A stretch of 62,973 bases of DNA, filler included, from Collodictyon triciliatum (lineage: Eukaryota), in assembly GCA_043381765.1 (NCBI GenBank). It is 9 parts of 9 records of this genome, joined end to end, with 100 filler letters (N's around TTAATTAATTAA, not from the genome) between each part and the next. Parts side by side here need not be neighbours in the genome. Positions count along the whole stretch, not along the records: positions 58,432 to 62,973 come from JBHJMP010003974.1; 8 more parts are not named here. One strand, 5' to 3'. The translations under genes and the position numbers were made by a program. Positions 58,432 to 62,973 of the stretch are shown one piece after another (position 1 is the first letter of the stretch; every line of letters begins with the position of its first letter). The notes under the pieces are model-generated. The model had not been told where the DNA came from, did not search any database, and saw only the letters and a list, made by a program, of their open reading frames with translations.

Positions 58432-61199
58432 GCGGCGAAGTGCAACTCTCAGACAAAAGCAACATAATTGTCCAAGCACTTCGTTTGACCAAAGGAGCAT
58501 CATCCGAAATTCAATACGAAGACCATTTCTTCGGTGATATTGCACTCATTCATCTGAGAGCAAATTATGGAAAGGAGCACAAAGATTTGAACCTCATTCC
58601 TGGAAATGAATTCATCATTTTTATTCGAATTCACAGAAGGAACATTTCCATCAAGATCCGAAAATATGACAGCAACTATGACGAAAGCGTGGAACCAGTT
58701 CGTATATTTCATGTTCTTTCATTCTTTATCAAACAAGTATCATGGATTCGACCAAATTTTATTCAAAATTGCCAACTGGAATGTCCTGAATGCAGACTCG
58801 ACGGGCTGGATGGACATATTCCAACAAATTCAAGTATGAAGGAATCAGAAATGAGAGTTTGCTCAAGAAAACATCAACTTGATACAAAGATTGTGAAGCA
58901 AGGATGCGTGTACATGGAACAAGGTATTTTTTTTTCATTTATTTTATCGACATTATGATTGCTCTTTCCTGTTTCAAATACTAAATATTGAATAAATAAT
59001 GCCTATCAATTAATGTCATTATATTTATTTTTCAGGGATATCAAATCGAGTTCAATCTGCGATGAAAGCAAGAAGAGGAAAGAAGAAGCAAACACCTGAT
59101 GAAATATTGAAGCTGGAATCAATCGACGAAAAATTGAAGGGTGTGTGGATGAACGAACAGGCAGAATTAGTGGAATATATCGGAAAAGGAGCGTTTGGCC
59201 GTGTATACAAAACCAAGTTCAGAGGAAAGGAAGCTGTTGTAAAAATACAGACAATCAAACAAACCAGCACTGAACTTATTGAATCTCTTATTTTTGAAAG
59301 CAAATACCTTTATGAATGCAGAGAAAATAAAAATATTGTGAGGTTATTTGGAGTCTATCGCAAGGATGATGACTTTTTCATGATTATGGAGCATGCCGGT
59401 ATTTCGCTGAAAACAATGTTGGAAAATAATCAAGTGGAGTTGAGGGATATTCAGATTGTTTCATACGCAAAACAAATCTGCCAAGGCCTCATTTTCATGC
59501 ATTCCAAGAACCTTTATCACGAGGACTTGAAGGCCGATAATATCATGATTGTGAAAGAAATAGTAAAGATTGTAGACTTTGGGATTGTTAGCCGACGCGG
59601 ACTGGAAAAAGTTGGTTCTAATCTGCCTACAAGATACGGCGAAGATAAACACTATGGGACGGTAAATTGGCAAGCACCCGAAATTCATGAAATTGTTAGT
59701 AAACCTTTTTATGAGGACGAATCAATGTATGGAGAACATGAAGTGAATATCGGACATCGTGGAGAGCCAATTAATGTGTATGCATTGGGGATGCTTGTGT
59801 GGTACATGTTTTCAGGAATCGAACCATTCCTTGGTGAAGCGCAGCCTCAAAGCTTTACAATGAAGGGACTAAGACCTGAAATACCTTCCAGTACACCAAG
59901 CGAATTCAGTCATCTTATCAAAGCTTGTTGGAAACAAAACTACAAACTTCGACCCACTCTACAAATGGTTTGTGAATACTTGGATACTTTATCATCAAAA
60001 CAGTACAAGCTCTCTCAAAAAGAAATAATTGGATTACTTCCAATCAGATGCTCACCTTTGATGGATATGTATCGTGGCGAGTTTATCGAATGGCTGCAAG
60101 ACCATCAGATAACGCGCTTCATTAAAGTAATTGCCGAACAAGATTGGAATAGGTTCATTGATATCAAAGAAAAATTCAACGAGAAAACGATGCTTGGAAT
60201 GTATCACATCAGTCCGTCAGATGCTTCTGCGTTTGTCGAACTATCGAAGCAAAATGTGAATGTGGGCGTTCAAAGTGCTCCGATTAAGTTTGTCAAGGAA
60301 CTATTCTATGTTCAATTAATTGGCTATCTGAAAGAGCAACACGATGAGGCATCTCAGAGATTACTCGAGAAAGTCAAAGCTCTGAGGCTCACCGGGGATA
60401 TTATTTCAAGGCTTGATAAAAAAGAAGTTTGCGCAGAACACTCAATTTCTAAGGAGGATATTTCTTTGTTTGCCACGGAACTCAAAGAGATATTGAAGGA
60501 AGAGTATGCCACAAGACCAGTAAATCGCATTTGGGCAAGCGTTTACCTGCGCCCGCCAGATGCAGAAGTCTGCCTGGCCACTTCATTGCGAATAACTGAT
60601 ATGGACGTAAACGAGACAATACCAGACTCCATGAAGACTTTGACCAAACTAAAACACCTCTCGTTGCATTCTAATCAGGTGAATATTGTGCGCTGTAATA
60701 TGAAAAATACCACCGTTAAAGTTCTCATTTGTGTTAATCACTATTATTCAAAACCTTCTTAGCTCGCTCAATTACCAGAACAATGTCTCGGATTGAAAAA
60801 TTTGTTGTACTTGAACATACCTAATAACAAAGTAAGGTTATCAATTATCACAGCCTTTTCTTAATTAAATTGGCCTGCTAATAATTAGACTTTTTTTTTA
60901 AAAAATAAAACTACATGTAATATTCATGGTGTTATAATAAAAATAAAATACTTCATCTCTAGATTTCGTACTTTCCTTCTGATATATCGCGTCTGTCGAG
61001 TCTTTCACATCTCGATATACATAAAAATCCGGTTTGGCTGATTAAAATGAATTTTTACATTATATTATTCATTCTGAACACTTTTTTTTTAAAGATTCTA
61101 GGGCTCCCGATTGGAATTACAGCTTTGACCAATCTTAGCCACCCACACACTCACTGCCGCTTTCTCCTCTCTTTTCCCATCATCAAAATAAAAAAATAG
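58432..61199 (+). CDS. 5'-partial TKL-like non-RD protein kinase with upstream Cys/His (COR-end-like) segment, SAM-like domains and C-terminal LRRs; last LRR exon disrupted
   Basis: Exons 58432-58923, 59036-60678, 60763-60831, 60963-61031, 61095-. Kinase motifs GKGAFG, AVVK, HEDLKADN, DFG, GTVNWQAPE, GLRPEIP, CW...RP. LRRs LTKLKHLSLHSNQ, LKNLLYLNIPNNK, LSSLSHLDIHKNP. Confidence 0.88.
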
Positions 61200-62973
61200 A
61201 ATCCCCCTTACCCACCGGCCTTGCCCATGTACCGTACCTTTTATCGCATCTCTTGCCATATCGGGCTCATCTGCGCCTTATCCGGCCCCGCTTACGCCCT
61301 CCCTGTCGCCCCTAACCACAAAAGGCCCATAAACATAACCATTTAGCCTTGGCGCAGACCGTTCATACCCTTCCTGGCGCCCTAAATAATAAATAGCAAA
61401 ATGCCTACGAACTAAAACATGTCTTGGTGTATCTTTGCTAATTGTAAGCGCTCTTGTATTTAAATTTAAAGTAGATAACCAACTTGTATCATCAGTTACG
61501 TCTCGTACAATCCAATAGCAATCATTGGTACTTCCAGCCCACACAAATGTAGCCCTTCCTCTAAAATTATTCACACAATTACTAAAGTATCCGTAAGAGT
61601 TCGTGTTTCTTCCTGCGACGGTATTGGTGATTCTTTGTCGACTGTCACGGGGAAATATAATTCCACGAGGGTCCACAAAAGTAAACCAAACACCAAACCC
61701 ATTATTTAAACCTTGTAAAGAATACTCCATTTCAAAACTATCATATGACTAACACATGTTACCGAGTGTTACCGTTTTATTTGATGTGATTGATGTAGAA
61801 ATTACAGTAGTTGGCGGATTATCATTTGTAGAATCATATATAACTGGATTACTATCAGCAGCAGCAACAATATAAACACTTCTTGCAACTTGTGCAGGTG
61901 CTGAAAAAGAACTGGTTATTGTTCCGCTCACACTTAAATTTCCTGTTAATGTTACTCCTGTATTACCTATAACCAACCGATCAACCCCGTTCGTACAAAC
62001 ATTAACATTATAATTCGAGCCATATAAACCTGTGGATTGTTGCCAGTAACGCCCGCTGGGTCGTTAAAAGATATACTTGGTGAAGCCGTGCTACCCCTAT
62101 AAAATTTGTCTGTTGTGATATGCCCAATCTTATAATGTGCCAGTTAGTCAAACTTGAGAAATACATACATTGGTATATTGACCCAGCTTCTAATCTTACA
62201 TTGCCTGTTGTTTGAGTTCGAACACCATTAAAGTAAGTCTCAAAATTAGCGACTCCTGTTCCCCTTGCTAAAAAAGCTCCATATTTAGTATTAGTGCTAA
62301 ACGGATTAAAGAAAACATTGTTCCGGAATTTAATACTGGGAGTTTATATGTGACATCACCACTAGAAAAATTTATACGCTGATACGGATTGCTATTTTGA
62401 TTTAAGGTTTGATTAGATGCTTGCGACGAAGTAGCTAATGATAATCCACCTCTACAAATGACATTTGAAGAAAAGTTAGTGCACCAGCGACTGTCAGTGC
62501 TGCGTTTATAGTCACTGCACCTGAAAAAGTCAAGGGAACCGATAAAGTACTACCAGCAGAATCCCACGTCTGTCTTGAAGAATTTGCGGTAATAATACCC
62601 ATTACATTGGTAGATGAAAGACCATAAACGCCTGTATTGCTATTACCAATACTTAGACCTGATGAACTCCCAGACCCTGTTCGAATAATATCTATGGTTC
62701 GATTATCACTAAATGCACATGTACCTGCACTGTTAAATTTAAAATTTGATTAGAGCCTGTTGGACCAGGTACTTCATTTACTGAAATAGAAGAAACAGCA
62801 CTTCCATTTGTTTATAAAAATTCCCTGTCTGCCCCGCCTGTGGAGGTAATTCACCTTCAATTCCGGTATACTGGTATCCGGTTGCTGTATCATTTACTTC
62901 CAAAAATTTATTTGCATCGGCTGCTGTTATTGTTGGCAAAATAAAAGATGTTTCTGTTGTGTCAGTATACTCT
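61143..62973 (-). mobile_element. Probable endogenous viral element carrying a frameshifted virus/phage-like fibre gene; runs off the window
   Basis: Abrupt break in a host LRR exon, then a C-rich terminal segment, then intronless Gly/Ser/Thr/Asn-rich coding sequence with fibre-like motifs. Confidence 0.6.
61278..62973 (-). pseudogene. Tail-fibre/virion-fibre-like protein with about 6-7 frame disruptions
   Basis: Manual translation: LPTITAADANKFLEVN, LPPQAGQTGNF/TNGSAVS, GSGSSSGLSIGNSNTGVYG, GSTASPSISFNDP.../STGLYG...VCTNGVDRLVIGNTGVTLTGNLSVSGTIT, then a C-terminal ~150-aa globular segment. Confidence 0.65.

Overview
Eukaryotic, AT-rich, intron- and microsatellite-rich sequence in the standard genetic code, probably from a protist. 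The window is not one locus. It holds nine contigs joined by artificial 100-nt linkers (44N-TTAATTAATTAA-44N), mostly ~7.45 kb and in decreasing size order, so only within-contig neighbourhoods are meaningful. Contig 1: an intronless NACHT-pentapeptide-WD40 (NLR-like) gene whose N-terminal leader ends in a ubiquitin-like RLLGG followed directly by a cryptic myristoylation-type motif (GQFLS). Contig 2: a ~20-exon eukaryotic 6-phosphofructokinase plus a decayed RLE-type (R4/Dong-like) non-LTR retrotransposon. Contig 3: partial DIS3/RRP44. Contig 4: SDA1. Contig 5: a P5B-type ATPase with an altered substrate site. Contig 6: a peroxisomal (SKL) sarcosine/pipecolate oxidase-like gene and an IQ-motif protein. 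Contig 7: an EamA transporter and a 2OG-Fe(II) oxygenase. Contig 8: mostly non-coding or degenerate, with a dispersed repeat. Contig 9: a non-RD kinase-SAM-LRR gene whose last 69-nt LRR exon is broken by a frameshifted virus/phage-like fibre gene, a probable endogenous viral element. The best candidates for new biology are the cleavable-leader NLR-like protein and the kinase-LRR gene with its viral insertion. All calls come from manual translation and motif recognition; no searches were run.
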